Virus record (IMG/VR): IMGVR_UViG_3300034418_011250
Location: 1 to 64,000 of that record
Source: a virus
Length of the DNA: 64,000 nucleotides
Strand: one strand, 5' to 3'
Made by a program: the position numbers and the translations under genes. The notes below the pieces were generated by a model, which was given only the letters and a program-made list of their open reading frames with translations, was not told where the DNA came from and made no database searches. Within the stretch, counting starts at the first letter, position 1. The number at the start of each line of letters is the position of its first letter. Below are positions 9,602 to 18,499 of the stretch, piece after piece.

Positions 9602-9804
9602 TTTACATATTCATATGGTGTTTGGTCTGATTCTACTAAATCTATTGTGCCATCAAAAACATATCCAAGACCATGTAAGAACTGTTCAAAATGTTCTAGA
9701 ACATCATTCAATGAATGATCTAATGGTATTCGATGTGTAATTTCAGATTCTTGTCCTTTATGATTGTTTACATATCTAAATTCAATGTATGAATTATACA
9801 GCAT
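9598..9804 (-). CDS. Hypothetical protein
   Basis: Translationally coupled ORF; FEQFLHGLGY motif common in phage small proteins. Confidence 0.6.
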   Translation of the reverse strand: MLYNSYIEFRYVNNHKGQESEITHRIPLDHSLNDVLEHFEQFLHGLGYVFDGTIDLVESDQTPYEYVK

Positions 9805-10475
9805 TATTTCCTCTCAAGCATCATTGGAAAAATAAATCCAAGAATATTTCCACATTGTTTTGCTATCTCAGCATGTTCCTTTTGCGTTCCATTTGAGGAT
9901 CTCAACTCCACATAATGAATCCATGAACGAAGTGTTCCATGCATCATCAATCTGGTTTTTGTCAATCCCTCTGGAAGAACTGCTCTTGCTTGTTCCTTGG
10001 CAATTCCTTGAGCAATAGCCCAATCATAGATTTGTCTTGCCTGTTCAATCAATTCAGACTGCCGTTGATCCCATTGCCAGATGAGTTTCTGATCATCGCA
10101 ATCAATAGAATTTTGTCGATTCTTTATATCCTGAATTCGACATTCTCTTTTGACAAATGTGTTTTCAATCTCATTAGGATTAGCATATCGTTGACTAAAT
10201 TCCTGAAAACTGAAACTGCGATGTCGAACAATCTGATGTGCGATGTCACGTGTTGTTTCAATTTCTAGGCAAGCACTAACCATCTCGAATGGGGACCAAT
10301 GCTTGTGTTTGATAAGGTAGCGTAGGAGCCTTTCGGACGTTTCAGTGTTGTGTTGGTTCGAGGGATTCGATACACGGGCACAATACGCAACGAGATCTTG
10401 GACATTTAAATCCTCCGATATTGATTGCAAAAACTCAGGTGATGCCTGAGTATAGCTTATTAGTTTAACACTCAT
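9804..10475 (-). CDS. thyX: Flavin-dependent thymidylate synthase
   Basis: RHRSFSFQEFSQRY signature, HWSPFE, KEQARAVLP. Confidence 0.97.
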   Translation of the reverse strand: MSVKLISYTQASPEFLQSISEDLNVQDLVAYCARVSNPSNQHNTETSERLLRYLIKHKHWSPFEMVSACLEIETTRDIAHQIVRHRSFSFQEFSQRYANPNEIENTFVKRECRIQDIKNRQNSIDCDDQKLIWQWDQRQSELIEQARQIYDWAIAQGIAKEQARAVLPEGLTKTRLMMHGTLRSWIHYVELRSSNGTQKEHAEIAKQCGNILGFIFPMMLERK

Positions 10476-10693
10476 CTGCGATTAAAATTCCTTCTTGGTG
10501 ATGGATTTTGTTGACGATGTGCAAGCACTTTCTGATAAGAAAGCTCTTTGAGACGTTGATTCAACTCACCATCACGTCTTTGTAATGTTGCACAGTCAAA
10601 CTCAAGCTCACGAACACGTGTCTCAAGTTGTTGTACTTTTAGAGCCAGATGATCACGATCACGAATTACATCTTCAATTGTTTGTTTTGCCAT
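10472..10693 (-). CDS. Hypothetical coiled-coil protein
   Basis: ORF with RBS overlapping thyX start. Confidence 0.6.
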   Translation of the reverse strand: MAKQTIEDVIRDRDHLALKVQQLETRVRELEFDCATLQRRDGELNQRLKELSYQKVLAHRQQNPSPRRNFNRR

Positions 10694-10700
10694 ATTTCCT

Positions 10701-11294
10701 CTACAGCATATTGATAAGATATTGTTTGCATCTTTTTATATCAGTTTCTATAAAAGATGCATATTTAAGAATAAGATTACGTTTCTGTGGCCATACAATG
10801 TTTTCCTTTATATCACGATCAAATTGATCTAGATAACTCAGAATCTGATTGAGTATGACCATTGTTTCGAGGTGAATTTGGCCACCAAGAAATCTCTTTA
10901 ATAATAGCGGATGTTGTCCTAAAACGCAAGTGAAAAGTGTATTGAAGTTGGAAGAATCAATTGATTCTGTTCTGAGAAGTTTTTCCATATCTGTCTGAAA
11001 AACATAACCAATACTCTGTTGAGTCTTTTTCCAATCAATGTAAGTCTGCTCATCATAATCACCAATCCATGCTTTTGGATTCTTGATTATATTAGCGACA
11101 AAATAGTCAAGTGTATTATCACCATACTTACGACCAATCCGATGAAAGAAAAATCTATCGTTTCTTTTAAGAAATGAAGACTTCTTTGCATTTGTTTTGC
11201 CAGAATACTTTTTAAAATCATAATGTTCTTTGGTAAAATGTAGTTTTAAGCCAAGATAGATTTTATAGGCATCCCAACTTTCCATAGCAAACAT
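10701..11294 (-). CDS. Helicase loader gp59
   Basis: YKIYLGLKLHF, YDFKKYSGK, SFLKRNDRFFF, IHLETMVIL; start MFAMES (11294) or MES (11285). Confidence 0.92.
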   Translation of the reverse strand: MFAMESWDAYKIYLGLKLHFTKEHYDFKKYSGKTNAKKSSFLKRNDRFFFHRIGRKYGDNTLDYFVANIIKNPKAWIGDYDEQTYIDWKKTQQSIGYVFQTDMEKLLRTESIDSSNFNTLFTCVLGQHPLLLKRFLGGQIHLETMVILNQILSYLDQFDRDIKENIVWPQKRNLILKYASFIETDIKRCKQYLINML

Positions 11295-11321
11295 TATACT
11301 CCTTCTCAGGAAAAATGTCAA
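11293..11321 (-). promoter_or_regulatory. Consensus sigma70 promoter (gp59)
   Basis: TTGACA-N17-TATAAT. Confidence 0.85.
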
Positions 11322-11327
11322 GTATTT

Positions 11328-11561
11328 TTATACAGGTAACTGAGAAACTTTGGGGATAAGATTGAGTTTCATAGCGTCCACTTCAATCTTTTCTTTAAGA
11401 GGTTTGGTAATAAGTGATGCCACAGTTTCTGGTTCTATTTTGTTTTCAGAACAATATTCCAGAACTGCATCAAGATATGAGATACCAGTTCGATTTACAA
11501 ATTCTTCAATCTCATATGAAAATTTTTTCGCACTCATAATTTTTAATTCTTCAAACATCAT
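11328..11561 (-). CDS. Late transcription coactivator gp33
   Basis: YLDAVLEYC, LITKPLKEKIEVDA...LP. Confidence 0.9.
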   Translation of the reverse strand: MMFEELKIMSAKKFSYEIEEFVNRTGISYLDAVLEYCSENKIEPETVASLITKPLKEKIEVDAMKLNLIPKVSQLPV

Positions 11562-11612
11562 TTAATTTTTCCTTTATGTTGGAGGTTTTTTGGCAGAACC
11601 TCCATAAACTGC

Positions 11613-11879
11613 TTATTTAGATTTTTCTCTGGCTTCAATTTCTAATGGATTATTCCAATATCCATGTTTAATTGTGTACCAAAAATAAAGAATTATAAAA
11701 ACAAACCAACCATGCCTTTCATACTGCATCATATGAACTTCTTCATGTCTCCGAATACTTTCATCATCAAGTGTCTTGAGATCACGATACCATGCAGTAT
11801 TTTTAGAAATGGTTATAGCAGTAAATTTTTTTGGAAAAAATCCTCTCAACCATTTAGGCATTAATTCATGTTTTTTCAT
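11613..11879 (-). CDS. Small HExxH metalloprotease-like protein
   Basis: RHEEVHMMQY ... YWNNPLEIEAR. Confidence 0.6.
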   Translation of the reverse strand: MKKHELMPKWLRGFFPKKFTAITISKNTAWYRDLKTLDDESIRRHEEVHMMQYERHGWFVFIILYFWYTIKHGYWNNPLEIEAREKSK

Positions 11880-12157
11880 TTCTTGTCTTTATTATCCACA
11901 AACTCTTGAAATTGTTTTGCAACTCCTAAAATTTGTTCAACTCCTGGATAATTCTTATAGAATTTTTCAGTGGAATTCATTGCTTCTTGATACAATTTCA
12001 TTCCTTCCTCTGAATTTTTTTTCATCATTTCTTCAGCTAAATAGAACTGGCGGTCAAAATAGGTTTGCTGCAATTCATACATGGATACCATGTATTCTTT
12101 TGCAGTGCTCAATAATTCTTGCCGAATTTGGAATGGATTCTTGTTTACTTCTGCCAT
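11876..12157 (-). CDS. Hypothetical protein
   Basis: NKNPFQIRQELL ... AKQFQEFV; strong AAGGAG RBS. Confidence 0.7.
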   Translation of the reverse strand: MAEVNKNPFQIRQELLSTAKEYMVSMYELQQTYFDRQFYLAEEMMKKNSEEGMKLYQEAMNSTEKFYKNYPGVEQILGVAKQFQEFVDNKDKK

Positions 12158-12160
12158 GTC

Positions 12161-12337
12161 TTATTCTCCTTTGTGTGTGTGAAAAAGTGTTGCCATAATT
12201 GTTTTGAAAATGTTTTTTCTTTTGCTTCTTTTCTCTTCCAGAAAATCAGCATATGCATATTCCCAATCATTTTTGTATTCTGCCTTAAAATATGATTTTA
12301 ATTCAGAATTGTCATGATGTAAGCATGAAAGATCCAT
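12161..12337 (-). CDS. Hypothetical 58-aa protein
   Basis: Manual translation MDLSCLHHDNSELKSYFKAEYKNDWEYAY...; TAAGGA RBS. Confidence 0.55.
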   Translation of the reverse strand: MDLSCLHHDNSELKSYFKAEYKNDWEYAYADFLEEKRSKRKNIFKTIMATLFHTHKGE

Positions 12338-12367
12338 GTTACTTTTCCTTATGTGTGTGATGTGAAT

Positions 12368-12620
12368 GTGGCAATTCTGTTTCTAGGTTTGCCACAAACC
12401 CACCTGCATCAAGCAGCCAAAGCTACTTGCGCAGAAGAATAATCAGAGTTGTTTGCCTCTAATTGAATTAGTGTTGGTCACTACCCTATTTGCTCTCTTT
12501 GCTATTTTCTTTTCTAGTCGAATGCCTTTACACCCCCATGTGTTGAAAAGAATATGGTGGAGGTGGCAGGAATCGAACCTGCGTGCTAAAAAATATCTTC
12601 ACATGTCAACAAGCAAATTC
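12368..12620 (-). ncRNA. ssrA: Circularly permuted (two-piece) tmRNA
   Basis: Acceptor piece ends GCAGG-TTCGATT-CCTGC-CACCTCC-A-CCA at 12555; 17-nt spacer; coding piece starts GGGGGTG at 12537 (G3.U70 Ala pair); tag ANNSDYSSAQVALAA-stop at 12456-12409. Outer ends approximate. Confidence 0.92.
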
Positions 12621-12764
12621 TTTTAGCTGTTCCTTTGCAGATTGTTCTCGTTTCTGAGTATTGATGTTCCATCGACCTTCATTATTACCCAGCCATCGAT
12701 GTGTGGTGCAAATGGTGCAGCGTACTGTCCTTTTTGATGCTTTTCTGCCTTTTCTTTTTTTCAT
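12606..12764 (-). CDS. Small basic CxxC protein
   Basis: MKKRKGRKASKRTVRCTICTTHRWLGN..., ATGA-coupled to upstream ORF. Confidence 0.5.
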   Translation of the reverse strand: MKKRKGRKASKRTVRCTICTTHRWLGNNEGRWNINTQKREQSAKEQLKEFAC

Positions 12765-13147
12765 AATGCCATACTGTTATCTGGATCAATCGGAATACCT
12801 TTAAACGGATCTGTCGAATTATCATTCGGCACCATACCACCATCAGGAGGCATAATTGTTAATTTAGTTCCTATTGCTAAAACACATGCCCAGTTTGTGT
12901 TATATACTTCGATGATTGAATATGTTTTTGTTTGGAAATTGTGAGCAATGATAACCTTTGCAGACATTGTTCCTTGTTGTGCTTGCAAAGTAGTGTCACC
13001 ATACATTACAGGATAATCACCTCTTTGCTCCGCAATTGCTACAACATTCTGTAATGGTGCACAAAAGATTGGCTTGTTTGCCATTTGTTGAGCATAAAGT
13101 GTACTGGTTGCAAATAGTCCACTAAGCAGTAGCAGAAATTTCTTCAT
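12761..13147 (-). CDS. Secreted/periplasmic hypothetical protein
   Basis: Signal peptide MKKFLLLLSGLFATSTLYA; KPIFC ... ACVLAIG. Confidence 0.6.
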   Translation of the reverse strand: MKKFLLLLSGLFATSTLYAQQMANKPIFCAPLQNVVAIAEQRGDYPVMYGDTTLQAQQGTMSAKVIIAHNFQTKTYSIIEVYNTNWACVLAIGTKLTIMPPDGGMVPNDNSTDPFKGIPIDPDNSMAL

Positions 13148-13817
13148 TTTCTTTCTCCCATTGAGTTGTAAATTCATCAATGGTTTCTACAAGAGGTTGA
13201 AGATAAGGTTTCTTTTCTTTCACAAACTCTTGAACAGTTCCATCCTCAGTTGTTGTTAGAATCACAACCTGATTGATTGGTGTTCCAGTCATTTCTTCAT
13301 ACATCTCTGTATAGGCAGAACCTTGAATGTAATAGTCTGTATTATATTCATCGTTTCGTTCTGACTTGGACGTCTTGAAATCAATGACAGAAAGTACACC
13401 TTTCCATTCACCAATACAATCAACACGTCCTGCCACACGGTATTTTTCGCTCCACATTGCCTGTTCTTGTAGATGAATATTATTCAGATTCTCATCCAGA
13501 ACAGGCTTTAGTTGTGTGAACATACACCATGGTAGAAACTTTTGTTTATGATGTTCTATGTCACTATTATTTATATAGTCTTCACAAATCTTATGAAAAG
13601 CTGTTCCTCTTGATGCAGATGTTCTTGAAATATAATTGGCAACATCATAACCAACAGAAGCTCTCCATTCTTTCAACCATTTTTTCTTTCTTTCTGTTGC
13701 TCCTAGGACTGTGGTGATTGAAGGAAATACACCACCAGATTCAGTGAAATAGAATCGTTTTCCATCTACTGTTTTAGCAGTGGCTTCTGGTAATGAAATG
13801 TTCAGATGCTTAAACAT
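13122..13817 (-). CDS. PD-(D/E)xK exonuclease (Cas4-like)
   Basis: PSITTVL, RGTAFH, AGRVDCIG, IDFKTS, YYIQGSAY. Confidence 0.88.
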   Translation of the reverse strand: MFKHLNISLPEATAKTVDGKRFYFTESGGVFPSITTVLGATERKKKWLKEWRASVGYDVANYISRTSASRGTAFHKICEDYINNSDIEHHKQKFLPWCMFTQLKPVLDENLNNIHLQEQAMWSEKYRVAGRVDCIGEWKGVLSVIDFKTSKSERNDEYNTDYYIQGSAYTEMYEEMTGTPINQVVILTTTEDGTVQEFVKEKKPYLQPLVETIDEFTTQWEKENEEISATA

Positions 13818-13990
13818 GATAATTAATAGCCTCTCATTCCGTAGTAATAATGTATGAAATAATCTCTTTGATCAGGTACATCACGAAAGAGACATTGTGT
13901 TTTTCTCCGATCTAGATCTTCTTCAATCGGAGCATATAGTATAGTAGTATTCACAACAAGTGCAATGAGCACAATCATTATTATTTTCAT

Positions 13991-14019
13991 ATTATACTAA
14001 ATGCTAATAAAAATGTCAA
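13991..14019 (-). promoter_or_regulatory. Consensus sigma70 promoter
   Basis: TTGACA-N17-TATAAT. Confidence 0.8.
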
Positions 14020-14022
14020 GGT

Positions 14023-14268
14023 TTATTCTTTGACAAACTTTATCTTCGTTTTAATATTCAGATATTTTTCTTCATCAGTATTCTCTGGCCATTCCTCTCG
14101 AAATTTCCTCATTCCTTCACGTTGAGCAGCAATCATTCCTATTGTTGTATGCTCTTGAATAATTTTTGAATATGTTGTTTTTTGGTTTTCATAAAAGTTT
14201 TTAATTTCGACATCAAATCGGAATGGCATTCTTTCTTTCCCAAAGCCCAAAAGGTTGTTGAGTCCCAA
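14023..14268 (-). CDS. Hypothetical protein
   Basis: ORF only; start uncertain and an alternative overlapping ORF begins at 14315. Confidence 0.4.
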   Translation of the reverse strand: MGLNNLLGFGKERMPFRFDVEIKNFYENQKTTYSKIIQEHTTIGMIAAQREGMRKFREEWPENTDEEKYLNIKTKIKFVKE

Positions 14269-14311
14269 GCATATACTTTAATATTTTTGTTTTGTTCTTC
14301 TATTTCTGCGC

Positions 14312-14764
14312 TCATGACAATTCAAAGTGTGGTGCATCGATGAATGGTCTTTTACCTTGACTTCTTCTTTCATCGATATAGTTATTCATGGCTTCTTCAG
14401 CTGTTCCTTCCCAAAGCGCAAGATCATCAATATTCCAAGCTGCTCCCCAACGAATCTTTACATCAAGCTCATAAGCTGCCTCTTTCATTGCATCAGCAAT
14501 GTCATCATATACGTTTAATTCCCAGCATCCTCTTCCATTGACATATGCCATCAAATCAACAGCATGTCCATGTAAATGCTTAGACTTCATTGTTTGAGAA
14601 GCACCAGCTGCAACTAGCTCTTTTTGTTTTTCTTCAGTTCTTAGTCCTTCAATGACACCAAAGTCAACCTTTGTCAATGTGATTGCCTTCTCAACCACTT
14701 CTACCAACTGAGGTTCAACACCTTCTAATTTGCTTTGTGATCTTCCCGATAATTTGAACATCAA
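14312..14764 (-). CDS. Endolysin, M15 family L-Ala-D-Glu peptidase (T5-like)
   Basis: EGLRT, SKHLHGHAVD, IRWG, FIDAPHFEL. Confidence 0.9.
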   Translation of the reverse strand: MMFKLSGRSQSKLEGVEPQLVEVVEKAITLTKVDFGVIEGLRTEEKQKELVAAGASQTMKSKHLHGHAVDLMAYVNGRGCWELNVYDDIADAMKEAAYELDVKIRWGAAWNIDDLALWEGTAEEAMNNYIDERRSQGKRPFIDAPHFELS

Positions 14765-15471
14765 TCTACTCCTTGTTTAATTTTTGATATTAGATAACTT
14801 CTTACTAATCCTGAACGAACAATATCACCAATAGTATATTCAATCATTTCAAATTCTGACATATTATCCAAGATATTCATGAATACTTGAAGACCTTCTT
14901 TCTCATAATTCTTTTGTAAATCTGTTTGAAAAAAATCTCCACAAAATATAATCTTTGAATCTTGACCAACTCTTGTAATGATTGTATCAAGTTCATGAAA
15001 ATTCAGATTCTGAGATTCATCAACAATGATTATAGCATTGTCAAGAGTAATACCACGAAGAAAGCTGGTTGTCATGAACATCAAAGAACCTTGATTCTTT
15101 AGACGATCATACAACATATTGAATGCTTGTTCATTTGGTTGTTCGAACATAAATTGTACCATGTTTTGATATGGTACTTGAAACAATGCTGTCTTGTCTT
15201 CTTCATCTCCAGGAAGAAATCCGATTTCTCGAGTCGGAACAGCTGAACGAACCAAATAAACACATTCTTGAGTTGTTTCTGGGTTTAGGGCATCTTTTAA
15301 GGCAAGATAAAGAGAAATGAATGTTTTACCAGTTCCTGCTGCACCATAAAGAAATAGATTTTTCTTATCCTTGTAGGCATTGAATGCTGCCTTTTGATTT
15401 TCAGTTACTGGTTTGATTTGTAAAAGATTATGGAATCTTACATCTTTGTTTTTGTTACTCATTATAAACAA
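14761..15471 (-). CDS. phoH: PhoH family ATPase
   Basis: GAAGTGKT, IGFLPGD, FLRGITLD, IVDESQN, DIVRSGLV. Confidence 0.95.
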   Translation of the reverse strand: MFIMSNKNKDVRFHNLLQIKPVTENQKAAFNAYKDKKNLFLYGAAGTGKTFISLYLALKDALNPETTQECVYLVRSAVPTREIGFLPGDEEDKTALFQVPYQNMVQFMFEQPNEQAFNMLYDRLKNQGSLMFMTTSFLRGITLDNAIIIVDESQNLNFHELDTIITRVGQDSKIIFCGDFFQTDLQKNYEKEGLQVFMNILDNMSEFEMIEYTIGDIVRSGLVRSYLISKIKQGVD

Positions 15472-15489
15472 CCATGTTGAGTTTATGAA

Positions 15490-15497
15490 TATTTATA
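15490..15497 (-). promoter_or_regulatory. Late promoter TATAAATA (phoH-endolysin)
   Basis: Exact motif in intergenic gap. Confidence 0.7.
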
Positions 15498-15500
15498 TGA

Positions 15501-15797
15501 CTAAACATTCTTCCATTTTTTCACAGCTTCTGCCACCTTGACTTCTCGAGTCGAACGTCTACCGTACCGTTCGGCAAGAGGAGAATTTGGATTTGCTTCG
15601 GATATACGGGACATGACTTCTCGGAAACCTTGATCATTTTTACTGTCAATAGACCCAACAGAGGAAACAATAGCAAATCCATTAGGAACCTGTTTAATGT
15701 GAGGATTGATTTCAAGCAATCTTTCTTTCTCAACAATTGAAAGAAAGTCTTCAAATGTTTCATGTGTTTCATTATTTAGGAATTTAAATGTGGGCAT
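15501..15797 (-). CDS. FmdB-like conserved phage protein
   Basis: MPTFKFLNNET ... GFREVMSRI; start reassigned. Confidence 0.6.
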   Translation of the reverse strand: MPTFKFLNNETHETFEDFLSIVEKERLLEINPHIKQVPNGFAIVSSVGSIDSKNDQGFREVMSRISEANPNSPLAERYGRRSTREVKVAEAVKKWKNV

Positions 15798-16323
15798 AAT
15801 ACCATTCTGGAATATCTCGTTTTGTCCATTTGGCAAAACTCTTTTCTTTGTTATAATAATTTCTATAAGACTCAACCACATCATCTAATTTGCAATAATC
15901 TGGCATTGCTGGTGGTGGATCACTAAATGGTCCATTCGCAATATTGATTGGAGTCTTTTCTAATAAACTGTATAGCTTTTGTTCTGTTAAATGTATTCTT
16001 TCATATCTAACTGTGTATTCATTGCAGAGACTTCTCCAGAGTTTATATAACCATTCATAGTTGTTACGATTACTCCGAGTCCAAATAGCACTAGGATGAT
16101 TAATATGAGAAGCCTTATATAGAACTGATTCGTATCCATCCCTCTCCATTCTCCATCTTTTGATTCTTCTTCCATTCTGAACCTCAATATATTGTTTACC
16201 GTCTAAAATTCTATGTGCTGTAGACATCAATTGAGCATACTCAATGATCATCTTAACTGTATGCTTATCACAATGCATTTGAGCACATTCAGAAGCATTC
16301 TTAGATAAATAGAAAACATTCAT
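15784..16323 (-). CDS. Pyrimidine-dimer glycosylase (DenV-like) protein
   Basis: MNVFYL, HCDKHTVKMIIEYAQLMSTAH, HINHPSAIW, PAMPD, YRNYY. Confidence 0.8.
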   Translation of the reverse strand: MNVFYLSKNASECAQMHCDKHTVKMIIEYAQLMSTAHRILDGKQYIEVQNGRRIKRWRMERDGYESVLYKASHINHPSAIWTRSNRNNYEWLYKLWRSLCNEYTVRYERIHLTEQKLYSLLEKTPINIANGPFSDPPPAMPDYCKLDDVVESYRNYYNKEKSFAKWTKRDIPEWYYAHI

Positions 16324-16342
16324 ATCAACCCCCAACACAACT

Positions 16343-16370
16343 ATTCTACTTTGTTAATGATAAAAGTCAA
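16343..16370 (-). promoter_or_regulatory. sigma70-like promoter
   Basis: TTGACT-N16-TAGAAT. Confidence 0.55.
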
Positions 16371-16648
16371 GTTTTTTCTTGATACACTATGAATCTAAAT
16401 CTTTCTCCTGCATCTTTGTTATAACAACATTGGCAGGGAAATCTAGAGAAGTCAAGTTCTTTTCCTGCATTATACAATCTTGCAGAATCTCCAAAAATTT
16501 CCATGAGTCGAACCATTCCAGATTGACATTGTTCTGCACGTTGATCTGCCATTTCTGGCTCATATGTTCCATCAAAGTATGTCAAATCACCAGTTTCCAA
16601 TAATTGATGACAATCAATGCATGTAAAAAGTTCATCAATTTTTGTCAT
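16367..16648 (-). CDS. Hypothetical Cys-motif protein
   Basis: CIDC ... FSRFPCQCC. Confidence 0.55.
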   Translation of the reverse strand: MTKIDELFTCIDCHQLLETGDLTYFDGTYEPEMADQRAEQCQSGMVRLMEIFGDSARLYNAGKELDFSRFPCQCCYNKDAGERFRFIVYQEKT

Positions 16649-17082
16649 AAAACTCCTGTCATTTCTAGAAACTTTTTTGCGTATATGAATTCATACTCAT
16701 ATGCTTCTTTTTCCCATGGAAACTTATTATAATTCTCAGGTTCAATTGAATATCTTTCATTTTTCCATAGCACACTCATCTCTTTGTAATCATAGTTTTT
16801 AAGTTCTCTTCTGGCATGTTGTTTGACGTGAATCATCTCATGACAAATGGTTTCAATCATTGCATAAGCATCAATTTTTTTGTCAATCTCAATTAAAAAT
16901 TCACGAGGAGTGAATGCGTTACAGAATCCACAGACTCCGGATTCCAGCATTAGGTCGGAAAGAGAAATTTCGATTTGGAGAGTTCGATGTCGAGGAAGCA
17001 ATTCCTCAACCATAAAATATGTGACAGATTCAGCGAGGAGTCTTTTTTTCTTGGTAGAACCAGATACGGTTATGATATTCAT
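16645..17082 (-). CDS. Zn metallopeptidase-like protein
   Basis: TICHEMIHVKQ ... PWEKEAY. Confidence 0.75.
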   Translation of the reverse strand: MNIITVSGSTKKKRLLAESVTYFMVEELLPRHRTLQIEISLSDLMLESGVCGFCNAFTPREFLIEIDKKIDAYAMIETICHEMIHVKQHARRELKNYDYKEMSVLWKNERYSIEPENYNKFPWEKEAYEYEFIYAKKFLEMTGVL

Positions 17083-17127
17083 ACATTTCCAGATGTAGAT
17101 TTACAGGAATGTCGAAAAATATTTATT

Positions 17128-17155
17128 AGTTTACCGTATCTGGTAAAAATGTCAA
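17128..17155 (-). promoter_or_regulatory. sigma70-like promoter
   Basis: TTGACA-N16-TAAACT followed by AATAAATA. Confidence 0.6.
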
Positions 17156-17173
17156 GGAATTTTTTAAACCCTA

Positions 17174-17626
17174 TTACGATTTGTTAAAGTTGTCATTCCA
17201 GCCGAATGCCTCCTTGACAGCAGCTGCAGACAATCCCTTGTAAACCTGATGGAGCCTTTTATCCTTTGCATTGATCAAAAGTTGAGCCTCTGATTCATGG
17301 AGACCTTCTAGCATTTGAATGAACATGTCTTCACGTTTGAATTGAGCTAGCTTATCATTTCCACCCTTAATAAAATGATAGAGTCTCTTTGCTTCTAATC
17401 TCAAAGTTGTATGTTCAGTACCTTCTGGCGATTCATTCTTTTGATAAGGAACCTCACCTTTTGGAAGCAACCATACAATATTTGGATCAAAAGATGATTT
17501 GAGCACCATTCTTAATGGATCGCAATCATGTTCCTTTAGTATGGCAACTTTCTTTGGTTTTGTATTTGCATTATTAACTTTTGTTAATATTTCAGAAAAT
17601 AATGGTGTGTATGTTTCATTTGACAT
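17174..17626 (-). CDS. Conserved T4-like phage hypothetical protein
   Basis: WLLPKGEVPY, KREDMFIQMLEGLH; typical neighbour of rnh. Confidence 0.75.
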   Translation of the reverse strand: MSNETYTPLFSEILTKVNNANTKPKKVAILKEHDCDPLRMVLKSSFDPNIVWLLPKGEVPYQKNESPEGTEHTTLRLEAKRLYHFIKGGNDKLAQFKREDMFIQMLEGLHESEAQLLINAKDKRLHQVYKGLSAAAVKEAFGWNDNFNKS

Positions 17627-17635
17627 CTTTCTCCT

Positions 17636-18493
17636 TTAAAATTCAGATAATGATTCTGTTAAATTTTTCAATCTATTTTTAATAAAGTAATTTAGCAATC
17701 CTGCTCTATTACCACATTTGACTTCTTTAAACTGTTGAATAATTTTTTCTTGTAGATCGGAAGGAACAAAACTTAAATCAATAAGTTTTTGGTTTCTTTG
17801 ATAGTTACGTAACATCTCTTCATTGCAAAAATCTTTAGGATCTTGTTCAATTAATTTATCAATCTTTTTTGCACCTAGAGGTTTTTGTCTAAAGTTATGA
17901 ACAAAAGTATCATCAGGAGACAAAAAATTAGGTATACCGTCACTACGATCTCCTTTAAGAATATGTACTTTGATATATTCTTTTGGATCTGATCCAGAAA
18001 CAAACTTTTTAAGTATTGGACTATATTGTTTTACAAATGAATGAGATTGTAATTGAAAGAAATCCTTGTCACTGGAAATAATAAGAATACTCTCTGGCAA
18101 AGGATTTTTTGCCATGTCAAATACTATTGAAGCAATAATATCATCTGCTTCAGCATTTTCCATCTCAAGAACTTTATATGGAAATACTTCTTTAATTTCA
18201 TCTTTAATTTTATTTAAAGTCTTAAAGATTATATCCCAATCAAGATCTGATGATTCTCGACTCTTTTTTCTATTCTGTTTGTAATATGGGAATATGTCTC
18301 TTCGCCAATAATTTCTGCCATCATAGCAAATTACTAATTCACCATATTCTTCATAAAATTTTGAACGATAAGAACGAAGCGCATTCAAGACCATGTGTCT
18401 TACCATGTCTTCATTTACTTCATTATCTTTTTGATTGACCACTTGCATCATTAGATTAGAAATGGTCACCTGATTCATATCAACAAGTATCAT
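17636..18493 (-). CDS. rnh: T4-type RNase H (5'-3' exonuclease)
   Basis: ILVDMNQ, WRRDIFPYYK, EADDII, SSDKDF, GDRSDGIPN. Confidence 0.95.
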   Translation of the reverse strand: MILVDMNQVTISNLMMQVVNQKDNEVNEDMVRHMVLNALRSYRSKFYEEYGELVICYDGRNYWRRDIFPYYKQNRKKSRESSDLDWDIIFKTLNKIKDEIKEVFPYKVLEMENAEADDIIASIVFDMAKNPLPESILIISSDKDFFQLQSHSFVKQYSPILKKFVSGSDPKEYIKVHILKGDRSDGIPNFLSPDDTFVHNFRQKPLGAKKIDKLIEQDPKDFCNEEMLRNYQRNQKLIDLSFVPSDLQEKIIQQFKEVKCGNRAGLLNYFIKNRLKNLTESLSEF

Positions 18494-18499
18494 AAAAAC

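Noticed and set aside
11581-11603. GGAGGTT/AACCTCC inverted repeat as a terminator
   Set aside because: No U-tract on the coding strand; role unclear, so not called
12555-12630. Standard tRNA gene
   Set aside because: Only the T-arm and acceptor 3' strand are present; the matching 5' strand lies downstream, so it is the tmRNA acceptor piece
13122-13817. Cas4 as evidence of a CRISPR system
   Set aside because: Stand-alone PD-(D/E)xK exonuclease common in T4-like phages; no array
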